Shown here piece by piece: positions 36,906-49,700 of a stretch of 50,929 bases of DNA. The first letter of the stretch is position 1, and every line of letters begins with the position of its first letter. The stretch covers positions 1-50,929 of the forward strand of contig UYFQ01000422.1 in NCBI GenBank assembly GCA_900617105.1. The letters run 5' to 3'. Position numbers and translations under genes: made by a program. Origin of the DNA: Hydrurus foetidus (lineage: Eukaryota). The notes beneath the pieces were generated by a model. The model was not told where the DNA came from. It searched no databases and saw nothing but the letters and a program-made list of their open reading frames with translations.

Positions 36906-37825
36906 ATGTGGTCAACGCTGCACTCTCACCATGCAAAGAAAGGTGGCCTTGATCGAAGTAATCCATCTCGTCTTCTCATTTTTGGACCGAATAAGACGGG
37001 AAAAACAAGCATAGCATTCAGGATGGCGTATGAGAGCGCATCGACTGGATCAACGGCCCTTTTCGTGTGTTTATTGAGTACTATTTCAAATACTTTTCCA
37101 CCGCTCGTTACCGTTGCGTCAACATCCGAGCAGTTTTCTGAGCCGGTTCGGGAGTCCTTAACTTCTTCTTGGTCGCCGGAGATTCTCTCTAGAATTATGA
37201 TCAAATATGTGTCAAACTCTGCGGATCTGAAGAAGCTGTTTGCTTCTATTCACATGTTCCATCCTAGGCCAGGGTGCATCATCGTGGATGATTTCACTCT
37301 CATAATTGATCCCATGAGTACTGTATCGCGTCAAGACAACATGTTTCTTGAAATAAGTCAAGTATTAGGTGTGCCATGACGTTCTGCAAATCATATCCTT
37401 ATTGCTGGGCTATTTGAACTGGCATGTAATAATTTTACTTTTGTGTTACGACCGAATTTACCTCAGGTTCATTCATCGTGGATGCAATTGACTACTTGGA
37501 TAAAGTAGCAAGTGCAGCATCAGTATCATCTCCTCACGGAAATCGCCTTTGCACGAAACTGGTTTTGACATCAAACTGTCTTGACTCTTCTTTTGAAAAT
37601 ATAATGCTCCGATATGCAAGCTGTGCCTTAATCTTCAGAACAAAAATTGAGCGAACAGGATCAATGAGCGCTTCGTACAACAGCAGCGATTCTAATAGAC
37701 TCAGCGATACTGATAAAGGAATCAGGCTGACGATGCGCCGACCTGTCTCTCCTTCTGAATCGGAAGAAGTTACCATATTCTCCAAAATAAAATTTACTGA
37801 CGGACGGCTGGTGTGTCATCCCTGA
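36906..37825 (+). CDS. SWSAP1: SWSAP1-like RecA/RAD51-paralog ATPase (2 exons)
   Basis: Walker A GPNKTGKTS and Walker B IIVDD. ILSRIMIKYVSNSADLKKLFASIH resembles the SWSAP1 core. Intron 37369-37466. Confidence 0.65.
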
Positions 37826-38640
37826 TGACCGATTAAACTGTATTCTCTCTGGCACTGCAACAAAGATAGTCTGAGGCTTTTGGTCTCTTTTTGGCCATGT
37901 AAATCGTTGGAGACAGACTGATGCATCTGGAATTCATGCGAAGTGCTGCTGAACACCTTAAACATGCACGGAGAGGATAAAAGTACGCGACACTCAAAAT
38001 TGAAGGTGCCAAAAGCTAAATTGAAGATAACCGTGTCTACAGATGATGCCCCACTGGTAACTCGGAGGCGCTGAAAGCATTGCGCATCTTACGTTTCTCA
38101 ATATATCATCAAATGAGCACCAGTGTTAAGATGACATCATGAATAGATTTGCCAGTTGCTCATGCACGAGGTCATCATCCGCAATTTTTTTCCATTGACA
38201 TTCTCGAATGGTACCGTAGCGCTGTTTTAAACCGATAAAATAAAGAGTGAAATATGACAGCAACAGGAATCGTATTTTCTCTATTTGATTCATGCCATAT
38301 CGGTATTGCGCTACAAATTCTTGTCATTAAACATTCTCACTATTTTTTAATGCTGTATCGTAACTAATCTATCCGATTCCAAAATGAGATTATTTCTGAT
38401 TTCTGTCGCGCGATTCATGTGCTATTTTTCTGTATTCTGTATCCAGTACATGGACACAGAACTCGTAAAGTGCACTTACCGGCGGGTACCCCCTTGTTCG
38501 ATAGATCTGAGATCGATCGCAATCGACTTTCGACGTCGTGTGTCCGACAAGCCTTTAGAAGTGGTGATCTCGTACCATCCGTGTCACTGACTATGGTTTC
38601 TTTCTTGTGTCACCAGTGAGAGTTTTGAGACGGCTTAAGG

Positions 38641-40584
38641 ATGCCACCTACGGTGGTTGATCTTGAAGGCAATGACGAGCCAGAGCAACTCAGTCCTTTC
38701 CTCAGTTCAAATGGAGCAATGATGACAATAATCAAGTGCGCGATAGGAGCAGGTTCCTTTTCGCTACCAAGGGCTTTCATGGATGGTGGGGTATATTTGT
38801 CCTTTTTCTTCACACTATTCTTGGGCTTATTGAGCGCTTACACAATCTTGGTTCTCATGGATTCATCTGTAATTGCATCGAAATTGGTCAAACTGCAGTC
38901 TCAGAATACAGCTCGAATCACTGATTTGGAAAAGAGCAATAAAGCAGAATTTGTTTATGCTCCTATTACTGATGACTCCATCTACCCCTCGTCTGTCGTG
39001 GAAGATGTGGGATTGGTAGACAACTTTTCAGCTGATCTGACATACCCAGAAGTTGGTGCTCTAGCTTTTCCCGAGGCTCTGATATCTTGGCGGGGACGAA
39101 GGTGTAATCTAGCATACCTGATAATTTCATGGGGCATACTATTGACCTCCTTGGGTGTGTGTGCAGCATATGTCGACTTCATTTCAGACACTCTCCCCGA
39201 TGTGCTACGCAATATAACTCAGAATGAGCATCTGTTCCTATCACGCACAAACACACCTTGGATCATCATGCCTTTTCTCCTGGGACTCAGCTTCTTGAGA
39301 ACATTGAAGGTTCTGACGTATACGTCTCTCATAGGGAATATAGCCGTATTTTCAGGATGTATTGGCGTCATAATCTATGGATATTTTTTATACAGGACAG
39401 ATTTAACTTTCAATCACAACTTTGTGGAGTGGAAAACTCTGCCCAAATATGTTGGAGGTAATACGTTTTTGTTCGCCATTCACGTCGTGATTCTGCCGAT
39501 AATGCAGCAAATGGATGGGTCAGATGGGAGTAGAAAAATAAAGTATGTCGTCACGGGATCATTCTCCTTTATCACGATATTTAACGCCTTATTCGGTGCT
39601 GTTGGATTTCTTTTATTCGCGAGTTCTAAGTGCAGTAATGTAGATAATGCGTACATCGGCCCATGCGACAACATTCTGTCGAACATGAGTGGCGGCAACG
39701 TACTGGACACTGTGAGGATTCTCGTCTGCATCGATCTGCTGTTCACAGTGCCATTGATCCTGGCTGCATCAAGAGTGATAATCGAAAAGCATATTCTAGA
39801 CTCTGACACAGCTCGACGTCTTGACCGCTTATGGTCGAAATGTTCCCCAGACAATGCTGCTAGGAATGATCGTTCCGAATCTGAATCGGAACTAGTCGAA
39901 ACAATCCGTTTTCAAGCAGCGTCAGACCAAGATTGCTGCCCAACAGGCGTAGAGTCTCGATGGATTGGCGGAGCTACTCTCAGCTGTGATAGAGAACACA
40001 CTATGCTCTTCAATGCAGATTGCAGCAGTATTTGCAGCGAATCAAAAGATACCATAGACATCAAAACCAAAGCGGTCAATTCAGAAGACTTCATTCTTCT
40101 ATCCCCCACAACCGCAATAGTAACAGGAGATGTCAAGAGAGAAAGGGACAGTCGTGTTGACAGCGCCGGGTCCAAGTTGTTCACTTGCATTATACAGTAT
40201 ACAGTGCGGACGGCATTGGTGACGAGTGTTGTACTGATGTCAGTGTGCGTTCCCCAGTTCGGTGACATGGTTGATCTAGTGGGTGGCCTAGTGATGCCCC
40301 TCACCTGCTTCCTCCTCCCCTCTGCGATGAACATACGGCTATGGCACCATATCGACCAGCTCACAGCCTCCACCTCCTTTTCTTCGCAGTATAGTGCGGG
40401 TGGGGAGCTATGTCAGTCCACTGACACGTCTTCTGTGCCCAGAGGTAGCAGCGGTGATGCTCCATTAATAGCAAAGAGAAGGAGCTCTATGTCAAGCACG
40501 CAGTACTTCCTCCACATGCTGATCATCTCATTCGGATTACTGACTATGATCGCCACAACAGCTCTTACTCTATCAGCGAAGTAA
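38641..40584 (+). CDS. Amino acid transporter (Aa_trans/AAAP, SLC36/AVT-like)
   Basis: Intronless 647-aa ORF with IIKCAIGAGSFSLPRAFMDGG, ~11 hydrophobic segments and VPQFGDMVDLVGG. Confidence 0.9.
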   Translation: MPPTVVDLEGNDEPEQLSPFLSSNGAMMTIIKCAIGAGSFSLPRAFMDGGVYLSFFFTLFLGLLSAYTILVLMDSSVIASKLVKLQSQNTARITDLEKSNKAEFVYAPITDDSIYPSSVVEDVGLVDNFSADLTYPEVGALAFPEALISWRGRRCNLAYLIISWGILLTSLGVCAAYVDFISDTLPDVLRNITQNEHLFLSRTNTPWIIMPFLLGLSFLRTLKVLTYTSLIGNIAVFSGCIGVIIYGYFLYRTDLTFNHNFVEWKTLPKYVGGNTFLFAIHVVILPIMQQMDGSDGSRKIKYVVTGSFSFITIFNALFGAVGFLLFASSKCSNVDNAYIGPCDNILSNMSGGNVLDTVRILVCIDLLFTVPLILAASRVIIEKHILDSDTARRLDRLWSKCSPDNAARNDRSESESELVETIRFQAASDQDCCPTGVESRWIGGATLSCDREHTMLFNADCSSICSESKDTIDIKTKAVNSEDFILLSPTTAIVTGDVKRERDSRVDSAGSKLFTCIIQYTVRTALVTSVVLMSVCVPQFGDMVDLVGGLVMPLTCFLLPSAMNIRLWHHIDQLTASTSFSSQYSAGGELCQSTDTSSVPRGSSGDAPLIAKRRSSMSSTQYFLHMLIISFGLLTMIATTALTLSAK

Positions 40585-41513
40585 CCCGATGCACTGATTG
40601 AACGTTTTTACCTGAATGTTGTAATACCGCACAATTTTGTTTACCCCTGCGTATTGACCGGGATTGTGATGTGCGAATAAATTTACATTCTGCTGTGACT
40701 CACATCATAGTGATGTGAATGTCTCACCAATTTCTCACATTGTATAAGTTATTGTAACATAAAAATAAATCTATTTCGGTATTCTCATTCTATGCCTGGC
40801 TGGAATGAATAAAACAATTTTACATATAGTACTGCTCTATGAGTTATCGTATTTGTTACATTATCATCAGACAATAGATATTTTGAGAAGCCATTTCCTG
40901 CCATGAAATAGTCGGAAGGATTTGAATTTTTTTCACATTATCTCGAGTGACCGGAACCAAATGCATCTGGAGTCGAAGTAATCGACAATTAGGACTACAT
41001 AGGGTAAATGCGCCATTGAACATATAAATAATCTGAGCTGATTCATTTCATCTACCCCTCTACCAGTGCCTCAAGGGAGGGGAGAGAGAGAGACGGTCCT
41101 TTATAGTCAGCAGTATTTGAACAATTGAAAATGCTCCCTCAATACCCAAAAATGATCATTAATTAGTACATATGTAGTAGTTATGAAAATCACGAGTGTA
41201 TGCATTCAGCAGACTTGATAATAACATAGCTGTCTAAGCGAAGCAAAAGTGAGTAAACTCATACAAAAATTTTTGATCAATCTCTGCCGGGTGTGCAGGA
41301 CAATTTAATTGAGGTGAGAATACATCATACGACATGATTCTAACATCTCCATTATTCGTCTCTCTGGACATTGCCTTCCGGATAACCCTTCAATAGAGTG
41401 CCTTGCTATAGCTGATTATTACATGCGTCAGAAGTCGCAGATTGTTGACATAGAACTCACTTGATACGTTGGTCTGCACTTGCAAATGTTATCAATTAGT
41501 GAGACGTATGCCA

Positions 41514-44500
41514 TTAAATGTTGGTGTGTTCCTTCTTGGTGTGGTCCTTCTTCAAGCCCCTTGCAATAGCCACACTGGCGGGTGTGTGGGGACGCAAAGT
41601 GAATGTATTTCCTCTCATGCCTGTGGAAGAGCCAAATGCACTATTCCCGCGGGCGACTACGATGGTGTTACTAGAGGAGCTGAAGACACTCCTGGCCGAC
41701 TGACCTATGATGCCCGTATTGGATATTCTCCTAGCAGCAGTAATAGCAGTGGATGAAGGTGGCGTCCCGCTCTCAATAACGATTGTGGCCTCGCTGAGCT
41801 TCTTGCCAGAAATGGGTACCGCGTTCTTCACACTCCAATTCGATAGCCGCCTTGTCACACATATGGATCGAGACTCTTCATCGTCCTCGGCCACAGAGTG
41901 CACAGAGCCTTTGATGTACATTCCTGCATCTCTTTCCTCATCATATTCAGCAGCAGCTGGTATCTCGTCAACTTCTTCTTTGTCCTCGTCTTCAGGTACA
42001 GTCTCGGGCAGTACATCAGTGTTTTCATTCGTGAGTTTCAAGTAGAGGACTTTTACAAAGTCGATGAAGAAGAGACAAATGATGTCGTAGGCCCATATGA
42101 TGATGATGTCATTGATGTGCAAGTAGCCGAAGTAGGGTATCACGGCCGCGAAGAGAGAGAATAGAAAGCAACCGAACATCACAGAGCTGAATAAAGTGAT
42201 AGATGGAGGGACAGATGTCAAGATGAATGATGGAGCCCGAGCGGAGAAGATAAGAAGCTCCGCTGCTATGCTCATCTGAACCCACACACCAGCCTGAGCT
42301 TGCACGCTGCACTCAGCTATGACAAAGTCGGACTGGAAGAATCCCGTTTGATTTGCCGCGTAGGCCCAGAGGAGTGAGAATGATGTCTGCAGTACTCCCA
42401 GTAAGCCTGATAATATCATCATTTTAGTGACATCTGGAGTCTCAGGCATAGCACTTGCTTGCTGTCTGTCGTACGCTATTGGAAGCATAGTGAGGTCGTT
42501 GAAGAGTGCCAGTATGATGATGTACAAGGAGTTAATCGGACAGTTTGATATGTAGATAAGGAGGGTCAGTACGATGACGATCTGCATGCTTGCTGCGAAA
42601 CGGTAGGTGACGTATGACTTCAGCTTGCGGAAGATGCGCCTACTCTCCACCACAGCACTAGATGTGAAGAAAATATGCGTCAGGACAATTTTCGCGTGCC
42701 ACCTGAAGAGTCATTTCGTCTTACCTGTAGATTGCTGATAGTCCAGGACTTGTGAGGATGATAGCCGCTGCATTTTTGGCGGCATCGGTGGCGTCGTCTA
42801 CAGCGATGCCGCACTGAGCAGCTGATAGGGCTGGGGCATCATTGACACCGTCTCCGGTCATTCCCACAACGATCTTGAAATTTTCCTTCAGGACCAAGAC
42901 CACTTCTCTTTTATCACGGGGTAGCACCTGCGCGAACCCATCAGCATTCCAAATCAGATCGTTCTTCTCCTGAGAATCTACGCGGGTCTCTTCGCCAGCA
43001 TGAATGTTTTGACCCATACCGATTAGACGTGCAGTCTCGATTGCAATGTTCAAATGGTCCCCCGTGATCATCTGCAGCGTCAATATAAATTGAGTTACGA
43101 TTATTGAGTTGTTGGTAGACTGATATGCAGCTTAGCAGTGTCTGAAGACGAATTTCACCTTCACTTTGATTCCTGCAGCGACCAGATTGCGGATTGTATG
43201 CGCTGTGTCGTGCCTTGGAGGATCAAGCATTGGGAGAATGCCCACAAACTGAAATGGCTCGTCATTGAATTTTACTGCCACTCCAAGAGTCTTGTAACCA
43301 GCCTGATGAGTGTGCATGAGAGGTAAAGTGTCAACTATACTGATTAAGGCAGAGTCTCCTGTGCTGTGTCACGCTCACCTTGGAGAAGTCTTTGTCAGCT
43401 CTCTCCACCTGGGGACCAATTTCAGCAAAATTGTCGACCATCCACTGGTCTCGGGCATCGTCCACTCCACCATCGGCAGTGTTCATAACTTTCGCAGGCA
43501 GACCTTTCGCGATTGTAACTCTGCCGAGAGTCGGATGAGTAAAGTCGAAGACAACCCTCTTGTAGATAGGATTGAAGCCGACACCCCTGACCTTAGTGAA
43601 CATTGCACACTGGGCGATGCCTTCAGGTCCTGACAATTTATCGAAGTGATTTATTACCGAGCGATCTATGGGATCTTCCTTCTTATCCCTGTTGGATGCC
43701 AGCGCTGAATAAAGAGCAACATCTTCCTGGGTGAACTTTGAATTGCACCAGACCGACTCTGCATGTATGGTGATTCTAGCAGTTGTGAGTGTCCCCGTTT
43801 TATCCGAACAGAGAACTGACATGGAGCTGATGTCTTGAAGAGCTGGAAGTGATGTGACAACAGCGCTGAAGTCTCTCGCCATTTTTCCAGCACCTAATGC
43901 CATTGTTACCTGGAGAACGAGTGGAAGGGCTACGGGGATGGAGGCCACAATGATCGATAAGCAAGTCAGCAGCAAGGTTTGAATTTCGTAAATCGTGAAC
44001 TGTTTCCTCGCAATCCCTTGAACTAACAGAATGACGAGCACATCGACAAGCGACACCATGATGATTATCTTGACGACATAGAGAACACGCATCTCAAAGA
44101 GAGACACTTTTATTTTCGTCTTGTCCTCCATGATGTCTGCCATGGATCCTCCAACCTATCAGTTTCCAACGAAATTTTAAACTTTGACTAACCAGTCTAA
44201 TGGCGACATTGATCAAGCTTAGGAGATACGTGGTAGTTTTCTAAGCAAACCTCAGTATTAATGCCCGTTTTCCTGACGACGCAATATGCCTCGCCCGCTT
44301 TTACAGTTGTCCCAGTAAGAATAAGGGCTCCATATTGTTCGCTAGGATAGTTACGTGGTAATGGTTCTCCCGTGATTGAGGCTGTATCAATCGACAATAT
44401 GTCACCTACAGTAGAATTGAAGGGCATAATCACTGATGGTGGTGATCAAATCGGAATTCACTCACGATTTTACCTTCGATCCATTCGACATCTGCAGGAG

Positions 44501-45008
44501 TTGCGCACCCCCCCACCATCAACACAACATCACCAGGGACGAGAAGACGTGTTAGGAGATTCTCAGCTACTCCATCTCGAAGGACGGCAATTTTCTGCTC
44601 CATTTTATTTGTCAGTTCATCCAAACTTGCTTTGGATTTCAATTCCTCGTGAAATCCTAGATAACCGTTCACAATGAGAATGGCCATGATGATTGCGAAA
44701 TCAATGTAATCCTCCACCGCAATTGCAATGATTGCTGCAAGCTCCAGCATGTAAGGCATGAGACCAGTGAATTGTATGAACAAAATCCACCATAGTGAAA
44801 TCTCAACATGAGGCAGTTCGTTGAATCCCCACTCAGCGTAGCCCTGCAGGAGTTATATCTCATGAGTTGCGTGAAGGCTAATGAAGGAGAGAAACACGAA
44901 ATTTTTTAGTGCAGCATCGCAAATAAGAGTACTGCAATTCCATACCGCTTCAGCTTGCGCCGTTGTGAGGCCGCTCCTCTCGTTCGATTTCTTCACTGAC
45001 ACGTCCAT
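41514..45008 (-). CDS. Plasma-membrane P-type H+-ATPase (P3A), multi-exon
   Basis: Motifs GFNEL, ITGE, IPVALP, CSDKTGTLT (phosphorylation site), DPPRHD, MITGDHL, MTGDGVNDAPAL and ALFNDLTMLPIAYD. Confidence 0.93.
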
Positions 45009-45275
45009 TCTCGTTGGCTGTTACTCAGTGATTTCAAAATACTTCGTGCTGCTGAGCTAACCGCAATATTTGGGATTCCTCATCGACTTATCAGCACTAA
45101 ATTGTGAAACAACATCTGAAGGAGTGGCATGCAGTGTAGAGAGTGGATAAATGGACAGCCACATCTCCACATCTGCACTCCGTAAGATGAGTCGAAACTA
45201 GAACATTCTCCACTGTACAGTAGAAAAACGAAAAACGAAGTGTCTTATGACAAAATCCGTTATAGAAGACGAAAC

Positions 45276-45440
45276 TGTTGTGATATCCGGATTAGACTAG
45301 GATCCTGTACCCTGTGTGATGTATGATTGTTTTCATGCACGGGTGTACGTACATTCAGCGATAACATTGACCGCAACCCTCGCACTCATGTTATGCTACC
45401 TAGATGTAATCGACAGCAAGTCACTGTCGTTTAATCCAAC
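45276..45440 (+). repeat. Candidate 5' LTR of the copia element
   Basis: Starts TGTTG and ends ...CAAC ~170 bp before gag. It cannot be confirmed because no 3' copy is present in the window. Confidence 0.35.
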
Positions 45441-45609
45441 TTACCGAATAGAACGTCTTCTTCTCTTTTGAGCAAGCGTTGCTCGCAGTCGGAAGTGCAG
45501 GGATCGTTTGGGAACTCGGAAGAAATTCCGCGTAAATCGCCCAGATTTCCAACATAAACGACAGTCATCCTTAGATAGATTAGCTAGAAGTTGCAAAAGC
45601 TTTGCAAGG

Positions 45610-46794
45610 ATGAGAGGACGAGGCGATGGGAGATTCCAGTCCCGTGGCGGGGGCAGGGGTCGATATGGTAGGGGGCAAGGCGAGCCCCATAAACCCATAG
45701 TAAAAGGTAGGAAGCCCGAGGTAGGTGCTTACCTGGATCTGCCACGAGGCCAAGCGGCAGATCCGGAAGCCGTGTTGAAATGGCTTGAATGTTTAAGAGT
45801 TTATATGTATAGTACTTATGAATCTTTCATTAAAGAAATCATTGGCATAGATGGGGTCCTCACGGATTACGAAGAATTCGTTGAGCCAGACGACCCGCCG
45901 GACAACGCCGGCATGGTTGCCATAGAGAGATGGAAGACCGCAAGTAAGAAATATGCCGCTAATATTGAATTACATAAAAAAGACTGCGCAAAATTGTATG
46001 GTGTAATATTAGGTCAGATGTCGGAGGCCTCAATCACGAGGGTGAACGAGATGCCGGCAGGCAAGCGAGCAATAGAGGACTGTGATCCTCTGGAGGTGTT
46101 GACATGTGTGGTTGCAACACACATGAACAACAAAAGGTATGGAGATGTATATAATATGACTACAGCTATTAGAAACTTTTACAATAATAAAATGTACCAA
46201 AACGAGGATCTAGCTGCATATTTTAGTAGGTGTAGGACGCTTCTATTTGTCAAGAGCGAGTCATACAGGATCGCCGACGAAGAAGAGCCCATCCACACAG
46301 ATGAGTTCCATGCTGTATTATTTGTAACTGGACTTAATTCAAACTATTTAGAATATATCAATACGTTTAAAAATAAGGTTCGGCCATGGCCGCAGACCAT
46401 GGCCGATGCCAACCAGGACGCGGCCAACTTCCTTATGGGAAGGCCCGTCCACGGAGGAGCTCCCCCGAACTCGGAGAAGCGAAACGTTTTCGCGGCCAGT
46501 CGGGGTGGGAGAGCGGGTTCAGCCGGGAGAGGCGGCAGAGGCCGCGGCAGCGGAGAGAGCGGAGCTGAGAAGGGAGGATTCGACACCCCCGGCAGCGAGA
46601 GCAGTAGGAGGGCAGGCACTCCCTATAGGGATAGGGAGGCCACCCCACAGAAGGAGAGAGGTGGTGCCGTACAGGAGTACGGTACCCGTTACGGAAGCTG
46701 CAACAACTGCGGGGAGGAGGGCCACTATAGTTACGAGTGTAGGAAGCCCCCGAAGAAGAACGCACCTGCGCGTCACCCTTCTTCGGAAAAGTAA
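45610..46794 (+). CDS. gag: Copia Gag with CCHC zinc knuckle
   Basis: RG-rich termini, CAKLYGVILGQMS and CNNCGEEGHYSYEC. Confidence 0.9.
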   Translation: MRGRGDGRFQSRGGGRGRYGRGQGEPHKPIVKGRKPEVGAYLDLPRGQAADPEAVLKWLECLRVYMYSTYESFIKEIIGIDGVLTDYEEFVEPDDPPDNAGMVAIERWKTASKKYAANIELHKKDCAKLYGVILGQMSEASITRVNEMPAGKRAIEDCDPLEVLTCVVATHMNNKRYGDVYNMTTAIRNFYNNKMYQNEDLAAYFSRCRTLLFVKSESYRIADEEEPIHTDEFHAVLFVTGLNSNYLEYINTFKNKVRPWPQTMADANQDAANFLMGRPVHGGAPPNSEKRNVFAASRGGRAGSAGRGGRGRGSGESGAEKGGFDTPGSESSRRAGTPYRDREATPQKERGGAVQEYGTRYGSCNNCGEEGHYSYECRKPPKKNAPARHPSSEK

Positions 46795-49700
46795 GTCCCT
46801 TATATGTTTTTTTACCTGATTCACTAGCTAAGGATGTAAATGTTCCGTGTGGGGAAACCGGACTGCATGACGTATTTGCAACGTCGACCGGTTACCCTGC
46901 GTTTGTGCCATTGTTAGATAAAGCATGCAGCTTGGAGAATTTTTGTCCACTGAACAGTAAAAATTGTGGGGGTGACCCTGTGATTTTTAGTGCGAATGTA
47001 TATACACACAGTTCCACATTTACAGATAGACAAGTGTTGTTAGATACATGTGCAGCAGAGTCAGTATTTTGTAGTGGAGATTTATTTTATAGTATTATGC
47101 CGTCCGCTACCCCGATGATTATTAATGGAGTAAACCCTCAGGGGGAACCCTTGATAATCACGGAGTGTGGCGAGACGGACTTCGGAACAGTTTACTACGA
47201 TAGCAACTGTATAGCGAATATATTATCCTTCGGTAACATAGTCAGCTCGAGCGAGTCAGTTAGCTATGACAGTGACCAGGATTGTTACAAAGTTAGGATG
47301 ATTAAGTTAGGACCTGTATATAGATTTGTCCATGATCAGTCTACGAACATATATCTATGCGACTTAGACAGAAATGTCAGTTACAAGAATGTATCGTTCG
47401 ATAAATCGATCATGGTCATGACAGTTAAGGATAAGAAGAAACTGTATACAGCTAGACAAGTTAAGTCAGCAGAGTTAGCTAGAGAGTATCAGAGAAAGTT
47501 AGGTTACGCCAGCCCAGGACAGTTAATTAAATTAATAGGTCAGGGGAAATTAGATAAGAGCGACATAACAGCGCAAGATGTAGTTAGAGCATTAGATATT
47601 TTTGGACCAGATTTGGGTTCCCTTAAGGGGAAAACAACTAGTCACAAAACTGAGTTAGAGGAAGAGATGCCAGTTGTAGATAGGCAGTTCCTGAACCAGG
47701 TTATGTACATAGATTTGATGTTTGTGAACTCGATACCCTATTTAGTCACAGTTACAAATCCCTTAGAATATGTGATGATATGCAAACTCTCACGTAAAAA
47801 TAAGTCTTCCTTATGGATGAACTTAGAGAGCAACATACATCACATTACTAAGTATGGATTTAAGATAACTATGATAAGAATAGACGGAGAGTCGGCAGTT
47901 AACACTATAAGTTTTGAGAGTAAGCTAGCCGCACTAGGTATTATATTAGACAGTACTGGAGCAGGAGAAGCAGTAGCTGTAGTTGAGAGGAAGATCAGAG
48001 TGATCAAGGAACGTGTTCGTGCCATCATCAACACGGTACCTTTTTCACTGAGTGAGCTACTAGAAAGTTGGTTACTTAGATATGTTGTGAACAGATTAAA
48101 TTTAGTACCAACTAGAAACAGTGTAGCTTACGTCAGCCCCAGAGAGAAATTATACGGTAGAAAGATTAACGTAGATAAGGAGTTGAAACACGGTTTCGGT
48201 GATTACGTACAAGTACATACCAACTCCGTGGACAACTCGACTAAACCCAGATCACAGGCAGCAATAGCATTAGTTAGTGCAGGCAACCTAGAAGGTTCAT
48301 GGTATTATCTGCTGTTAGCTAACTTAAAAGTAGTGAAGAGGACAAAGGCCACTAGCCTACCAATGACAGATGATGTGATCAGTTACCTCGATAAGTTAGC
48401 ATCTGAGAGGAAATTAAATATGTCAGTGAATGTCAAGCAACCTATTTTCGAACAGAGTAATCAAATCCTCGAAGACGATGGAAATGATTACTCCAACGAT
48501 GAATTTGAGTTGCAGACACCTGACATGATAACACCGTATAGTTACCCTACAGAAGACGAATTTGTGCATCATGAGATAGCAAATAATTTTGACTCATACG
48601 ATGGCAATTCTGATGTAGCTTACGAATCAGAGTTCGAACAATTAACAGAATACATACCAAATGATATATACGTTAATGAAGGAGAGGATGTAGTGTATGA
48701 CGATACACCAACTGACCCCGATGCATTAATGAATGATATATTTGGTGTAGACAGTGATGATGAGGTAGATACCCCACCACAGAAAATAGCAAGTCAGAGG
48801 AAATTCTAGATAAACAACCCAGACGTAGTGCTAGAAACCATCAGCCAGGTAGATGGAACAAGAGATTAGTAGGTTTAAGTATACCTAGCTACAAAGATTC
48901 AGTTATGTGTAAGTACATGATGAACATGACCGTAACAGAAGGAGTACAGAAATTAGGCGAGATAGCCGTAGATTCCATTAAAAAGAGTTACAACAGATGT
49001 GTGATAAGAATGTGTGGGAGGCAGTTCACCTCAACAGTCTTAGTTACAATCAGAGGAAAAGTATCATAACCAGCAGTATGTTTTTAAAAGATAAGTATAC
49101 AGCAGATGGTAAATTTGATAAGCTAAAATCTAGACTTGTAGCAGGAGGTCACTTACAAGATAGAAATATATATGATAACGGTTCATCACCAACTGTTAGC
49201 ACCACTAGCGTATTTATTGTTGCTGCAATTGCTGCTAGTGAAAATCGAGCGGTCGCTACGATCGATTTTCCTGGTGCATTCCTCAACAGTGATATGCCAC
49301 TAGACGGTGACCATGCAGTGCTGATGAGACTGAATAAATATTTGACTAACATATTAGTTAGCATTGACAAGTCCTATCAGAAGTATGTAAATGAGAAAGG
49401 AACAGTAGTAGTTAAGCTTAAGAAAGCATTATATGGATGTGTAGAGTCAGCTAAGTTATGGTACGATAAAATATCATCAGACTTAACACAGCTAGGCTAT
49501 AAGGTAAATCCATCAGACATATGTGTATTCAATAGGACTGAGCTAGATTCCACTCAGACTACTTTAGTTATCCATGTTGATGATATGATGATCAGCAGTA
49601 GGAATGAGAAGCATATAGATAGTATAATCTCAGAGATAGAAAACCTATACCCAGGCCTGACTAAGAGTAGAGGTAGAGTGTTGAATTATATAGGTATGAC

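Noticed and set aside
46791..46832. Short intron from GTAAGT to the nearest AGs (46827, 46832) joining gag to pol
   Set aside because: Both acceptors lead to an immediate stop. Only the acceptor at 46930 is in frame.
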